Assembly: GCA_044236265.1 (NCBI GenBank)
Contig: JBIIGV010000002.1
Location: 4,778 to 68,777, forward strand
From: Oligoflexales bacterium
Lineage (GTDB): Bacteria; Bdellovibrionota_B; Oligoflexia; Oligoflexales; RGVZ01
DNA length: 64,000 nt
Direction of reading: 5' to 3'
Shown: positions 1 through 10,801 of the stretch, piece after piece
Numbering within the stretch: position 1 is the first letter of the stretch
How the letters are laid out: each line of letters begins with the position of its first letter
The notes under the pieces: model-generated
Database searches by the model: none
Told to the model about the DNA's origin: nothing
What the model saw: the letters and a program-made list of their open reading frames with translations, nothing else
Made by a program: the position numbers and the translations under genes

Positions 1-1
1 G

Positions 2-553
2 ATTGTCGAGCGATTGCAAAATTCGGGAGTCAACGCCACCCAACTTGTCGTTGGCGTAGGATTAACGCAGGCGGCAATTATCTCAGCTCGCCTGCGAGAC
101 CTTGTCGCTGGCAGAGACGTGTTTTTTTGCTGTACCGCTGGAATTTTGGGTAACTTTCGCAACGTTGAGTTATTTACAGCTTTGGGAGTTGACTTTGCGC
201 CCGTGGATGTTCGTACCGGTCAGGGCTATCTCGTAACAAATTCTGAGGAGAAACTCATGCTGAACAGCTTGCAGCTTCCGCTTCCTGCCTGCTGGGTTCA
301 CAATAGCGCATCGATTTCTCTGAAGACGCAAAAATCTACCAAGGACCTGCCCGTTTTAGAAACGCTTGAATTATACGCCGTCGCCAAAAACTGGCTACCT
401 GTAGCAAAGTCTTTTACTTGCGTCGTGGCTGTGACCAATGCTGTGGGTCCAGACGCCCATCAGCAATGGAAGGACCATTTTCGCGACGCAGCAACTTTAA
501 CTGCGGATTTTTTAGCAAATGAAATAAAAGTTATGGGACGTCGTTGGAGTTAG
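2..553 (+). CDS. 5'-truncated ORF; possible PNP/UDP-fold nucleosidase (futalosine hydrolase MqnB-like)
   Basis: The ORF runs off the window start (in frame from nt 2; the listed start at 14 is TTG). It has a GVGxxxAA-like segment near the N-terminus. The C-terminal 'VAVTNAVGPDAHQQW' recalls the ISNxVGxRDxxxW tail of futalosine hydrolases. The resemblance is judged from memory only. Confidence 0.3.
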   Translation: MVERLQNSGVNATQLVVGVGLTQAAIISARLRDLVAGRDVFFCCTAGILGNFRNVELFTALGVDFAPVDVRTGQGYLVTNSEEKLMLNSLQLPLPACWVHNSASISLKTQKSTKDLPVLETLELYAVAKNWLPVAKSFTCVVAVTNAVGPDAHQQWKDHFRDAATLTADFLANEIKVMGRRWS

Positions 554-554
554 A

Positions 555-1100
555 ATGCAAATTACTAATAAAAAATCTGTTCTTAAGACGCGGCCGTTCG
601 AAGTAGAGGAGGTTGGATTTCGCCTCGAAAACGACCACGCCATCGAGGGTTACTTTCGGCTGGCAGCGCCAGACTGGGTCAATGTTTTACCTGTGGCTGC
701 AAACGGGCAGATCATTTTAGTAAAGCAGCCCCGCGTAGGAACAATGTCGTATGTCTTGGAAACACCAGGAGGCGTCATTGATCCTGGCGAAAAGGATCCA
801 ACAATGGCTGCCGCTCGCGAGTTAGAAGAGGAGACGGGATTTATTAGCCAACGCTTTTTGCCACTTGGCGCCGTAAACCCAAATCCTGCAATCATGACGA
901 ACCGTTGTCATTTCTTCATTGCTCTGGGCTGCCTACCCGCAACGCAGCGAAAACATTTTCCAGACCCAGATGAACGCATCTCTCTTGAATTTATAAATCC
1001 TCAGGATATTGACTCCTTAATAAGAACAGGCCAGATCAATCACGCGTTAGCTTGTTTATGCCTTTTGCTAGGTGGTCGCTATCTGGCCAAGTCACCATAA
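555..1100 (+). CDS. NUDIX hydrolase (ADP-ribose pyrophosphatase-like)
   Basis: Clear Nudix box: GGVIDPGEKDPTMAAARELEEETGF (Gx5Ex7REuxEExGu). The ATG lies 1 nt after the upstream stop. Confidence 0.85.
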   Translation: MQITNKKSVLKTRPFEVEEVGFRLENDHAIEGYFRLAAPDWVNVLPVAANGQIILVKQPRVGTMSYVLETPGGVIDPGEKDPTMAAARELEEETGFISQRFLPLGAVNPNPAIMTNRCHFFIALGCLPATQRKHFPDPDERISLEFINPQDIDSLIRTGQINHALACLCLLLGGRYLAKSP

Positions 1101-1140
1101 AAATCTTGTGTTATAATAAGTGAGTGACGGGGAGACAGTG

Positions 1141-1902
1141 ATGGCAATTCCGCAGTTTCAAATTAACGGAAACGGAAACACTCATATTGGACGAGTTCGT
1201 TCAACGAACCAAGACAGCTACCTTTGTGACAATAAGCGCGGCCTTTACATTGTTGCTGACGGCATGGGCGGACATGCTGGCGGCGAAGTTGCGAGCAGTT
1301 TAGCCGTCCAGAATATTCGAGCTTTTCTTGATTCAAATTCAAACAAAGCTGATGCTGCGTCTGATGAAAACGCGGGTGCCACCGCATCTTTGGTGGCCGA
1401 GGCTATTAACCATGCTTCAATGAAGATTTATGAGCGCGCCCTAGAAGAGCCTACATTGAAGGGCATGGGAACTACCGCTACTGCTATCAGAGTATTAGGC
1501 AGATCCGTTGCATGCGCCCATGTAGGAGATAGCCGCCTTTATCTCATCAGGTGTGGTTATATTTATCAAATCACGACAGACCACAGTTTGGTGAGCGAAC
1601 AAATCAGAGCAGGCGTTATTACGAAAGAAGAAGCGGAGAACCACCACCTTCGTAACGTAATCACTCGTAGTGTTGGCTACCAGGAGCAAGAGGACGTCGA
1701 CACCTACACCGTAGACGTCGAAGACGGTGACCTGCTCATTATATGTAGCGACGGACTACATGGCCGGGTTCCCGAGGAAGTCATCGCAAATTGCTGCCAA
1801 AAGTATGGTATTTTGGCCGTAGACCATCTAATTGCCGAAGCCAATCAACGCGGTGGCGATGATAATATTTCTGTCATTATTTGCCTAGCTAAGGCTAAAT
1901 AA
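1141..1902 (+). CDS. PP2C-family Ser/Thr protein phosphatase
   Basis: PPM motifs are present: RSTNQDS, VADGMGGHAGGEVAS, CSDGLHG and GGDDNISVI. The start is set at ATG 1141 (MAIPQF), which is preceded by a GGGGAGA Shine-Dalgarno. The ORF-track start at 1120 is probably an extension. Confidence 0.85.
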   Translation: MAIPQFQINGNGNTHIGRVRSTNQDSYLCDNKRGLYIVADGMGGHAGGEVASSLAVQNIRAFLDSNSNKADAASDENAGATASLVAEAINHASMKIYERALEEPTLKGMGTTATAIRVLGRSVACAHVGDSRLYLIRCGYIYQITTDHSLVSEQIRAGVITKEEAENHHLRNVITRSVGYQEQEDVDTYTVDVEDGDLLIICSDGLHGRVPEEVIANCCQKYGILAVDHLIAEANQRGGDDNISVIICLAKAK

Positions 1903-1954
1903 TTTGCCCAGTTAAGTTTCTCTGCGCAGAGCCGAATCACACTCTACGGAATTT

Positions 1955-2941
1955 TTGTTCCATGAGGTGTGTAACGTGCGTCGATATACAATTGTCATCA
2001 TTCCAGATAGCAAATCGGGATCCAAGCGGTACAGCATCACGTATCGCTCCGTATCGTTATTGAAGTTTATGATGGCAGTCGCGCTCATATTTTTAGGTTA
2101 TGGCATCGCTGACTATTTCCATATGCGAAGTCTGCGCTCGTCATACTTACAGGCAATTCAGGATGACCGAGCGTTAAAGGGAGAGGCTCGTATTCTCATG
2201 TCCAGTTTAGATGAAGTGCGCTCATCGCTTCGCAAGGTCAAAGAGTACTCAGCCAAACTTGCAGAGATCACAAATCTACAAACCCAGTCCCTGACAAAAA
2301 GAACTGGTCTTTCATCCATTACGAGTACAAATCAGACCAGCTCAGGTCCGATTGAGCCAAAGATTGACCACCACTCATCTGTTCCAGGAAATGTTGACTT
2401 GGATCGATTGGTCTTTAAACCAGTTTTTGCACGTCTGGACTCCATTACTTTAAACAGTCAAAAAGGGGCTCTCGAGCTTCAGCAAATCATTAGCCGTCTC
2501 TCTCAGCAGAAGACACTTTTATCTTCAATCCCGTCCATGACTCCCGTCGATGGCTGGATCACAAGCAATTTTGGCTCACGTTCAAGTCCTTTCACAGGAG
2601 AACCCTCCAATCACAAGGGTCTTGATGTCGCCGCTCCCGTTGGAACACCAATCTATGCGCCGGCAGATGGGGTCGTGATTTTCTCCGGAAAACGTAATGG
2701 TTTTGGTAACTTTGTTATGATTGCTCATGGTTACGGGATTGTGACCGGCTATGGGCACAATGCTCAAAACTTGGTCAGCCCAGGCCAGGTCATTCGCCGC
2801 GGCGATCAAGTCGCAACGGTCGGGCAGTCCGGCCGATCCACCGGTCCTCACCTTCACTACGAAATTGCTGTAAATGGCAGAGTTGTCGACCCAAAGAAAT
2901 TCATTCTAAATATCGACGACTTAGCAATAGCAGCCCACTAA
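1955..2941 (+). CDS. M23 (LytM-type) peptidoglycan metalloendopeptidase with N-terminal TM and coiled-coil region
   Basis: HKGLDVAAP (HxxxD), GTPIYAPADGVV and GPHLHYEI (HxH) are all intact. A hydrophobic helix (MMAVALIFLGYGIADYF) sits near the N-terminus. An alternative GTG start at 1976 has a GAGGTG Shine-Dalgarno. Confidence 0.85.
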   Translation: MFHEVCNVRRYTIVIIPDSKSGSKRYSITYRSVSLLKFMMAVALIFLGYGIADYFHMRSLRSSYLQAIQDDRALKGEARILMSSLDEVRSSLRKVKEYSAKLAEITNLQTQSLTKRTGLSSITSTNQTSSGPIEPKIDHHSSVPGNVDLDRLVFKPVFARLDSITLNSQKGALELQQIISRLSQQKTLLSSIPSMTPVDGWITSNFGSRSSPFTGEPSNHKGLDVAAPVGTPIYAPADGVVIFSGKRNGFGNFVMIAHGYGIVTGYGHNAQNLVSPGQVIRRGDQVATVGQSGRSTGPHLHYEIAVNGRVVDPKKFILNIDDLAIAAH

Positions 2942-3016
2942 GAAAAGTATATAATAGATGACCCCAGCTTCCGTGGTTCAATGCCGCGCCAAGCTTATTG
3001 TACGAGGTCATTGCAC

Positions 3017-5656
3017 ATGCTTACGTTTGCAAAAAAAATCTTTGGGACCAAAAATGACCGCGAGATTAAACGCATCCGCGGACTCATCGATCAAGTCAAT
3101 GCGCTGGAACCTTCCATGAAGTCTCTTGCCGACAGCGACTTTCCGAAAAAGACTGCTGATTTCCGGGAACGTCTGGCCAAGGGCGCGTCGATTGATAGTT
3201 TAATTCCTGAGGCATTTGCTTTGGTTCGCGAAGCTGCGCTGCGGGTCCGTGGTGAGCGTCATTATGATGTTCAGCTCATAGGCGGCGTTGTCCTGCATGA
3301 AGGAAAAATCTCGGAAATGAAAACGGGTGAAGGGAAAACCCTCACCGCGACAGCTCCCGTTTATTTGAACGCTCTTTCAGGCAAAGGTGTTCACGTTGTT
3401 ACGGTGAACGACTACCTTGCTCAACGCGACGCCGCGACCATGGGCCAAGTCTATTCGTTTTTGGGGATGACGACTGGAGTGATTGTCCATGGTTTAACTG
3501 ACAGCGAGCGACGCCAGAGCTATTCCGCCGATATTACTTACGGAACAAATAACGAATTTGGTTTTGATTACTTGCGCGACAATATGAAAACCGATTTAGG
3601 TCGGTTCGTTCAACGTGGACATAACTTTGGCATCGTTGATGAAGTGGATTCTATTCTCATTGATGAGGCGCGTACGCCTTTGATCATCAGCGGGCCAGCG
3701 GAAAGTAATTTAGAGCTTTTCGTCAAGGTTAACGCGGCGATCCCTGGGCTGCAAAAAGATGTGGACTATATCGTCGATGAAAAAAGTCGTGTGGTATCGT
3801 TAACCGAAGACGGAATGAGTAAGCTCGAAAAGAGACTTCGGGTTGAAAATCTTTATGACCCAAAAAGCATCGACTATCTCCATCACGTTCAGCAAGCATT
3901 GAAGGCCCACGTCATTTTCAAAAAAGACGTCGATTACGTTGTGCGCGATGGCAAGGTGGTCATCGTCGATGAATTTACTGGCCGACTCATGCCAGGACGC
4001 AGATATAGTGACGGACTACACGGGGCGCTGGAAGCAAAAGAACATGTTGCCGTGCAAAATGAAACACAGACAATGGCAACAGTAACGTTTCAAAACTATT
4101 TCCGTTTATACGCCAAGCTTGCTGGGATGACCGGAACTGCCGACACCGAAGCGGTTGAGTTTAAGAAAATCTATAATTTGGATGTTCTCTGTATTCCAAC
4201 AAACAAAAACATGATCCGAAAAGATCACCAGGATGAAGTTTACCGAACGGCTCGTGAAAAATTTAATGTGATCGCTGACGAAATCGAAAAGGCTCAGAAG
4301 AAGGGCCAACCCATACTGGTGGGTACGGTTTCTGTCGAGAAAAGTGAGCTGTTGTCGGCCCTCCTTAAGAAGCGGGGCATTCCTCATGAAATTTTGAATG
4401 CAAAAAATCACGCTCGCGAAGCCGATATTATCAAAGAAGCCGGTCAATCGGGTCGTGTCACAATTTCGACGAACATGGCTGGTCGTGGTACTGATATTAT
4501 TCTTGGCCCTGGCTCAAGAGAGGCCGGAGGACTTTTTGTCATTGGCACTGAGCGACATGACTCACGACGGATTGATAATCAGTTACGCGGGCGCTCAGGA
4601 CGTCAAGGCGACCCTGGGGAATCAAAATTCTTTTTAAGCCTTGAAGACGACCTCATGCGTATTTTTGCCAGTGATCGCCTTGGGGCCATCATGCAGCGCC
4701 TAGGTATGCAAGAAGGCGAAGCCATCATTTCTCCAATGGTAACGCGTTCGATTGAGCGCGCTCAGAAAAGGGTCGAAGAGCAAAACTTCTCGAGTCGAAA
4801 ACATCTTCTCGAATATGACGACGTCATGAATCAGCAACGACAAGTTATTTACGGCCTTCGCAATGAAGCACTTCACAATAAAGACGGCCATCAACTGGAG
4901 TTCATTCAGGAAACGACCCGTAAACTCATTGACGCTATTGTCTCAAGCAACGCCGCCTTGGAAAAGGGTGGCGGGTTCAATCTGGACGGGATTCAAGATC
5001 AGATTAAATCTGAGCTTGGACAAAAAGTCGACTTGTTCCAAGTAAAAGGAGACGGAATTTCGGAAAACGAACTGGTTGATCTACTATCAAAGCAGGTCGC
5101 TGATGCTTATGACAGTAAGTTTAGACACCTCGGCAAAGATAATCTCGGCAGACTCGAGAGCTACGTGTTCCTTCAAATCATTGACCGGGCTTGGAAAAAC
5201 AACCTCCTTGCCATGGATCATCTCCGTGACAGCGTAAGTCTTCGAAGCTATGGCCAACGCGATCCACTCCAGGAATATAAGAAAGAAGCGTTTAGGCTGT
5301 TTGAAACTATGATGACACGCATATACGACGAAACAGCTCAAGCCATGCTCCACTTGGAGGCCCCGAAAGCGCCGAACCAAATGGAAATGGAGGCAGACGA
5401 ACCCGATGAAGAGTCTCTTACATTTAGGCATCCAGATGCACCCCAAACGTCCACTGCGCAATCGCCTGCAGCAGAAGAGGTCGCCTCGGAAGACGGCATG
5501 ATTTATCACGGATCACGCGCTGGCTCTGAGCCAGAGCGCCCGGCCGCTCAACCCCACCGCAGAGCTGGCGAAAAGGTCGGACGCAACGACCCATGCCCCT
5601 GTGGATCCGGTAAAAAATTTAAGAAGTGTCACGGCGCCCTCGAGGCAGTTGAATAA
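3017..5656 (+). CDS. secA: Preprotein translocase ATPase SecA
   Basis: Canonical N-terminus [19 protein letters not shown]. Walker [29 protein letters not shown] and [10 protein letters not shown] are present, as is the C-terminal zinc finger [14 protein letters not shown]. The start is trimmed to ATG 3017. Confidence 0.97.
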   Translation: MLTFAKKIFGTKNDREIKRIRGLIDQVNALEPSMKSLADSDFPKKTADFRERLAKGASIDSLIPEAFALVREAALRVRGERHYDVQLIGGVVLHEGKISEMKTGEGKTLTATAPVYLNALSGKGVHVVTVNDYLAQRDAATMGQVYSFLGMTTGVIVHGLTDSERRQSYSADITYGTNNEFGFDYLRDNMKTDLGRFVQRGHNFGIVDEVDSILIDEARTPLIISGPAESNLELFVKVNAAIPGLQKDVDYIVDEKSRVVSLTEDGMSKLEKRLRVENLYDPKSIDYLHHVQQALKAHVIFKKDVDYVVRDGKVVIVDEFTGRLMPGRRYSDGLHGALEAKEHVAVQNETQTMATVTFQNYFRLYAKLAGMTGTADTEAVEFKKIYNLDVLCIPTNKNMIRKDHQDEVYRTAREKFNVIADEIEKAQKKGQPILVGTVSVEKSELLSALLKKRGIPHEILNAKNHAREADIIKEAGQSGRVTISTNMAGRGTDIILGPGSREAGGLFVIGTERHDSRRIDNQLRGRSGRQGDPGESKFFLSLEDDLMRIFASDRLGAIMQRLGMQEGEAIISPMVTRSIERAQKRVEEQNFSSRKHLLEYDDVMNQQRQVIYGLRNEALHNKDGHQLEFIQETTRKLIDAIVSSNAALEKGGGFNLDGIQDQIKSELGQKVDLFQVKGDGISENELVDLLSKQVADAYDSKFRHLGKDNLGRLESYVFLQIIDRAWKNNLLAMDHLRDSVSLRSYGQRDPLQEYKKEAFRLFETMMTRIYDETAQAMLHLEAPKAPNQMEMEADEPDEESLTFRHPDAPQTSTAQSPAAEEVASEDGMIYHGSRAGSEPERPAAQPHRRAGEKVGRNDPCPCGSGKKFKKCHGALEAVE

Positions 5657-5741
5657 CTCCGCTGCCGTCTGGGCATTCTTGGCGATGTAATGCTACACTA
5701 TTGATGAGCATTTTTCGAAAGCGGCCGGAGTTTCTAAAAAG

Positions 5742-6212
5742 ATGACACGGATTCTTGAGTTTCAGCCAACAGATGAGCAGACCGTCGTGGCGCGCGTATT
5801 GGTAGAGCTGCATCAGGCTATTGATGTCAATTTTCCTGGGGCAAACCCATCTGCTCGCCAATTTACAAAGACGGTACTGACTAATCACGCCGGCGAATCA
5901 ACTCGCATCGACAATGTTGTTAGCTCCGGAAGCTCTCCTGATGCAAACGACGCGGCCAATAATCAAGCTGCAAACTTATCAGGATCCGACACGCCTCGCT
6001 CTTCAAATTTATCTTTAACTCCGAAAACTGGCCATGGCCTCCGAAAACCGGAGGCGCCTCTAGCAACAGAAGAGTTGCGACAGCTTATGGGCGAAACAAC
6101 AGCTGGTCGACGCATTCGAAGAATTCTTGTCGGAACACTCGTCGCAGGCATTATCATGTTTCTGTGGATATATTTTGCCGGTGCTGAGTCACTAATGGGC
6201 CTCAGTCAATAA
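5742..6212 (+). CDS. Hypothetical protein, low-complexity middle and C-terminal TM anchor
   Basis: ATG-initiated 156-aa ORF filling the secA-rph gap. The centre is S/N/A/P-rich. A single C-terminal hydrophobic helix (ILVGTLVAGIIMFLWIYFAG) follows an RRIRR stretch. No family recognised. Confidence 0.35.
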   Translation: MTRILEFQPTDEQTVVARVLVELHQAIDVNFPGANPSARQFTKTVLTNHAGESTRIDNVVSSGSSPDANDAANNQAANLSGSDTPRSSNLSLTPKTGHGLRKPEAPLATEELRQLMGETTAGRRIRRILVGTLVAGIIMFLWIYFAGAESLMGLSQ

Positions 6213-6215
6213 GCC

Positions 6216-6947
6216 TTAAGCTTCTCCAACTTGGCCATCAGCAGCCTGGGACTGCGCCGTAAATACCGAGGCCAATGCCTCCTCTGCCAGATCCATGATC
6301 GCCATAACCTGGTCTTTAGTAAAAGACCCTTTTTCTGCCGTACCTTGGATCTCCAAAAATTTGCCACTGTGTGTAATCACAACATTCATATCTAGTTCTG
6401 CGGTACTATCTTCTACGTAGTTTAAATCACAAAGAAGATTTCCTTCCGATATTCCGATGGACACCGCCGCAACGCCATCTGTAAGAGGATTACGCTTTAA
6501 CCTGCCTTGGCGAAGAAGGCGGTCACAAGCCATCTTGAGAGCGACATAAGCACCTGTAATTGACGCCGTGCGGGTTCCGCCGTCAGCCTGCAAAACATCG
6601 CAATCAATCGTAAATGTAACTTCCGGACAGGCAGTAAGGTCAATCACTCCACGCAGTGAGCGGCCGATAAGTCGCTGGATCTCTTGGGTGCGGCCACCCA
6701 CACTTTGACGCTCACGCTTAGACCGCGACAAAGTCGCTCCTGGAAGCATGGAATATTCTGCTGTTAACCAACCTTGCGCTGGCGATGCATGTCGCAGAAA
6801 TCCTGGCACACCATCCTCCGCAAAAACAGTGCACAAGACTTTGGTGTCACCAAATTCAACTAAGACGCTGGACGTTGCATTTTTTGTAAAATCAGGAGTG
6901 ATACGAACCGGCCTCATTTGCCGAGAGGTGCGTCCATCTTTACGCAT
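6216..6947 (-). CDS. rph: Ribonuclease PH
   Basis: MRKDGRTSRQMRPVRIT...SVLVEFGDTKVLCTV and DCDVLQADGGTRTASITGAYVAL are typical RNase PH motifs. Length is about 240 aa. Confidence 0.93.
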   Translation of the reverse strand: MRKDGRTSRQMRPVRITPDFTKNATSSVLVEFGDTKVLCTVFAEDGVPGFLRHASPAQGWLTAEYSMLPGATLSRSKRERQSVGGRTQEIQRLIGRSLRGVIDLTACPEVTFTIDCDVLQADGGTRTASITGAYVALKMACDRLLRQGRLKRNPLTDGVAAVSIGISEGNLLCDLNYVEDSTAELDMNVVITHSGKFLEIQGTAEKGSFTKDQVMAIMDLAEEALASVFTAQSQAADGQVGEA

Positions 6948-6973
6948 GGGATACCCTTTTAAGATAGGGAGGG

Positions 6974-8437
6974 CTACTTTTTGGAAAACAACCCAGGCCC
7001 ATCCACATCTGTCGGCTGTTTTTCAATTGTTACGACACCGGTCTCTTCCGGATAATCGCCATTAAAACAAGCCATACAATACGACTTTCCTTCACTTTCC
7101 TCCAGAGCTTTACGCAGTCCGGCCTGGGAAATAAAGCCCAAACTATCAGCTTCTAGTGCGCGTCGGATAGCGTCAGTGGAGTTTTGGGCGGCCATGAGAT
7201 TTTGACGATTTGGCGTGTCGACACCATAATAACAGCTATGGGTTATTGGTGGTGCGCCAATTCTGAAGTGAATTTCGCGAGCACCGGCATCTTTTAAAAG
7301 GCGCAATATCCTTGCGGCTGTTGTGCCTCGCACAAGTGAGTCATCAACGACAATCACTTTCTTACCGCTAAGGACACTCTTGACCGGGTTCAATTTAAGC
7401 CTAACACCAAAATCACGATCTGCTTGCTTAGGCTTTATGAAAGTACGCCCTATGTAGTGATTGCGTACTAAACCCATCGCCATTGGTATTCCGGATGCAT
7501 TGGAAAATCCTTCGGCCATGGCTACGCCGCTATCTGGTATCGGTATGACAACATCCCCTTCGGCAGGGCACTCTGTTGCTAAGACCTCTCCGATTCGTCG
7601 CCGCCTAAGATAAATAGATTCACCAAAAAGCAGACTATCAGGCCTTGCAAAGTAAATTGGCTCAAAGCTACAAAATGCCAACCGACGCCGCTCTTGGGGA
7701 TACCAAGAAGATAAGCCTTCAGATGTGATTTCTATAACTTCACCGGGATTGACATCTCTGACAAAGTCCGCGCCCATCAAATCCAATGCGCACGTTTCAC
7801 TGACAACCACATAACCATGGTCGAGTTTTCCTAAAACTAATGGACGAAGGCCGCGGGGATCTCTTACCGCATACATTGCTTCGGCGGTCATGATTGAAAG
7901 AGAGTAGGCTCCGCGCACCTGTCTTAGAGCATCCCCGATTCGCTCTCGCATAGAGCTTGACGTACTACGAGCGATCAAATGCACAAACACTTCAGTGTCT
8001 GAGGTGCTGTGAAACACAGATCCACTCTCCTCAAGCTGCTTTCGGATCTCTCGGGCATTTGTCAAATTGCCATTGTGCGCGATCGCAACTGGTCCTAACA
8101 CCGTTTTGAATTGAAACGGCTGAATGTTTTCCTGTATGGCCCCGCCTTGAGTGGAATATCGGACATGGCCAACACCACAATCACCCTGCAAGCGAGCAAT
8201 GACAGACTCGTTCACACCGTCTGCCACCAAACCAAAATCTTTATGAAGGTGTAGCTTTACCCCTTCCGATCGCTCCTGGGATCTATCAAAAGTCACAAGG
8301 CCTGCTGCCTCTTGACCACGATGTTGGAGAGCAAAAAGAGCGAGATATAAAAGCTTACTGGCATCTTGCAGGCCAAAAACTCCAGCAACACCACACTCTT
8401 CTCGCAATTTATCACTATTTAACTCTGACAGATCCAC
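6974..8437 (-). CDS. purF: Amidophosphoribosyltransferase
   Basis: A short propeptide precedes the catalytic Cys (..EECGVAGVFG). SDTEV, the PRPP-binding loop VIVVDDSLVRGTT and a C-terminal Cys-rich region are present. Confidence 0.95.
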   Translation of the reverse strand: MDLSELNSDKLREECGVAGVFGLQDASKLLYLALFALQHRGQEAAGLVTFDRSQERSEGVKLHLHKDFGLVADGVNESVIARLQGDCGVGHVRYSTQGGAIQENIQPFQFKTVLGPVAIAHNGNLTNAREIRKQLEESGSVFHSTSDTEVFVHLIARSTSSSMRERIGDALRQVRGAYSLSIMTAEAMYAVRDPRGLRPLVLGKLDHGYVVVSETCALDLMGADFVRDVNPGEVIEITSEGLSSWYPQERRRLAFCSFEPIYFARPDSLLFGESIYLRRRRIGEVLATECPAEGDVVIPIPDSGVAMAEGFSNASGIPMAMGLVRNHYIGRTFIKPKQADRDFGVRLKLNPVKSVLSGKKVIVVDDSLVRGTTAARILRLLKDAGAREIHFRIGAPPITHSCYYGVDTPNRQNLMAAQNSTDAIRRALEADSLGFISQAGLRKALEESEGKSYCMACFNGDYPEETGVVTIEKQPTDVDGPGLFSKK

Positions 8438-8441
8438 TCAA

Positions 8442-10781
8442 TTAGCCCCCAATCGGCTGAGAGGTTGCCAGTGCCTCATTAATGCGATCTAGATCTATCT
8501 CTCCAAGACATGTTTTAAATATCCGGTTATCGCCTGGCTTAACTTTAGCAATCATTCTTAGGACAAGTTTATGCTCTCGTGCGATTTTTTGTGCAAGCTC
8601 CTGACCGTCCTTCGTAAGCTGAATAAGATACCTAGGCTCGCCTTCTGCTAAAAGTTCACTCGCGTCTTTTACATCGAAGTCAATGCTGACCTTTTTTAGC
8701 ATAATAGACGCAAGCATTTTCACAGCGGTAATGCCGAGCCCACCCTCTCCAACCTCGCGGACTGCCACTAATAAACCTGACTGTCTTAGTGAGTTCAAAC
8801 ACTCACTAAGCAAAATCTCATGAGACCAATTTATATTGTTTATCTTACCGAGGTCCGGGGCGATATTATGAACCTTAGCGCAAAGGCTTGCAGCCCACGA
8901 AAGATCATCTTGCTCGGCTGATAACACATAAAGATTTAAATCTTGATCCTCATTGCACACTGCAGGCGTTGCAAGCCGCACGTCATTCATTCGGCCAACC
9001 ATTCCGATCATCGGCGTCGGATGAATACTGACTGAACCGGTTGAGTTGTAAAGACTTACGTTGCCACTGACTACGGGAACATCGAGCTCACGGCAAGCCA
9101 TTGTAATGCCATCAACACTATCACTAAACTCTCGCATGACATCTGGAATTTCTGGGCTACCAAAATTCAGGCAATCTGTTATGGCAAGAGGCTGACCACC
9201 AGCGGCCCAAATCTGCCGAGCACACTTCAAAACAGCTTCAGCAGAACCAACAAGTGGATTATTTTTAACGCGGCGCTCATTACATCCTGCCGTCATTACG
9301 GCCCCTAGAAAAGGGACGTCTTTGGCCGCGTCGTCACGAAGCCACATAACAGCGGCACCTCCGTGCTCAGGACCCAAAACAGACCTGGCACCGATGTGCC
9401 GATCATACTGGCCGTAAAGTGTTTCCTTTGAGCCTGTATCGTGCAGGGCCTTTAAAAAAGTTTCGAGTGCAAATGAGGCGTCAGACTTTAGACGATCTTC
9501 AAGGATTTTTAGCTCGCTCGATTCCTCGTTATTTCTTTTTCGATCCGCCATCGGACGCTGATAAACTGGAGCCTCGTCTGTGAGTGGCGCCACAGGTAGA
9601 TCAATTTCCAAATAGTTTTTATGAGAAATCTGCATACGACCGGTATCTGTTACCACACCAACAACAGCATGCGCCAACTGCCACTTCTGTAGAACCGCGG
9701 AAAGATCCTGCCAACGGCTCGGCTCAATCACCATCAGCATTCTTTCCTGACTTTCGGACAGAAGAATTTCGTAAGCATTCATATTAGCGGCGCGCACGGG
9801 AATACGGTCTAAATCTATATAGACACCGTTACCAGCTCTTCCAGCCATCTCAAAGGAAGAAGACGTCAGTCCTGCAGCGCCCATATCTTGAATGCCTACG
9901 ACCAGGTTTTTTTCTAAGACCTCCAAAGTCGCTTCTAGCAAAAGCTTTTCAGCAAATGGATCGCCAACTTGAACGGTCGTTTCCTGCTTTACAGTTTGTG
10001 TAGCAAAAGAGTCCGATGCCATTGTGGCTCCGTGGATTCCATCGCGACCCGTAGCGCTACCAACGTAAACCACTAGATTACCAACACCGGAGGCAAATCC
10101 TTTAAATATTTTATCGTCATAGATCAAACCAACTGTCATTGCGTTGACGAGACAGTTTCCATTGTAGCTGTCGTCATAAGCAACGCTTCCACCGACTGTC
10201 GGAATTCCAACACAGTTACCGTAGTCTCCGATCCCTTTGACAACTCTGGGCACTAAATAGCTTGTACGAGGATGCTTGCGGCTTCCAAATCTCAGACAAT
10301 TTAAATTTGCTATAGGGCGCGCGCCCATGCAGAACACGTCTCTCAGAATTCCACCAACACCGGTTGCGGCTCCTTGATACGGCTCGATGTAGCTTGGGTG
10401 GTTGTGGCTTTCCATCTTAAAAGCCAGACATAACTTGCCGTGTAGTCGCACCACTCCAGCATTTTCACCTGGTCCAACCACGACGCGCTCTCCCTTAGTT
10501 GGAAAGCGCTTTAAGTGATATCTTGAACTCTTGTAGCTACAATGCTCCGACCACATTGCGGAGAAAACACCGAGCTCTGCCAGAGTTGGTGGCTCTTTGG
10601 TGATCGATAGGATGGTGCGAAACTCTTCTTCACTTATCTTATGCCGGGTTAGCAGAGACCGAAGCTCCACCTGGTTTTCTAGGTTTATTTTGCTAGGTCG
10701 ATTCATTTTGTGAGCAATACAGGCATGGTCCAAAGTGACGACTGCACCAGCATTATTGTCTCTACTGTTTAAACCAGACAT
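8442..10781 (-). CDS. purL: Phosphoribosylformylglycinamidine synthase subunit PurL (FGAM synthase II)
   Basis: MWSEHCSYKSS, ESHNHPS and repeated AIR-synthase-like domains are present. The size is about 780 aa. It sits between purQ and purF. Confidence 0.95.
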   Translation of the reverse strand: MSGLNSRDNNAGAVVTLDHACIAHKMNRPSKINLENQVELRSLLTRHKISEEEFRTILSITKEPPTLAELGVFSAMWSEHCSYKSSRYHLKRFPTKGERVVVGPGENAGVVRLHGKLCLAFKMESHNHPSYIEPYQGAATGVGGILRDVFCMGARPIANLNCLRFGSRKHPRTSYLVPRVVKGIGDYGNCVGIPTVGGSVAYDDSYNGNCLVNAMTVGLIYDDKIFKGFASGVGNLVVYVGSATGRDGIHGATMASDSFATQTVKQETTVQVGDPFAEKLLLEATLEVLEKNLVVGIQDMGAAGLTSSSFEMAGRAGNGVYIDLDRIPVRAANMNAYEILLSESQERMLMVIEPSRWQDLSAVLQKWQLAHAVVGVVTDTGRMQISHKNYLEIDLPVAPLTDEAPVYQRPMADRKRNNEESSELKILEDRLKSDASFALETFLKALHDTGSKETLYGQYDRHIGARSVLGPEHGGAAVMWLRDDAAKDVPFLGAVMTAGCNERRVKNNPLVGSAEAVLKCARQIWAAGGQPLAITDCLNFGSPEIPDVMREFSDSVDGITMACRELDVPVVSGNVSLYNSTGSVSIHPTPMIGMVGRMNDVRLATPAVCNEDQDLNLYVLSAEQDDLSWAASLCAKVHNIAPDLGKINNINWSHEILLSECLNSLRQSGLLVAVREVGEGGLGITAVKMLASIMLKKVSIDFDVKDASELLAEGEPRYLIQLTKDGQELAQKIAREHKLVLRMIAKVKPGDNRIFKTCLGEIDLDRINEALATSQPIGG

Positions 10782-10801
10782 TTGAGAGCCTTTTTGTGAA
10801 T

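Noticed and set aside
2981-3016. N-terminal extensions in the ORF track for secA (2981), gyrB (55501), uvrD (19576), PP2C (1120), purS (11772), ftsL (28672) and ftsW (33702).
   Set aside because: In each case an internal ATG gives the family-typical N-terminus and has a better Shine-Dalgarno. The extensions arise from the longest-ORF convention with alternative start codons.
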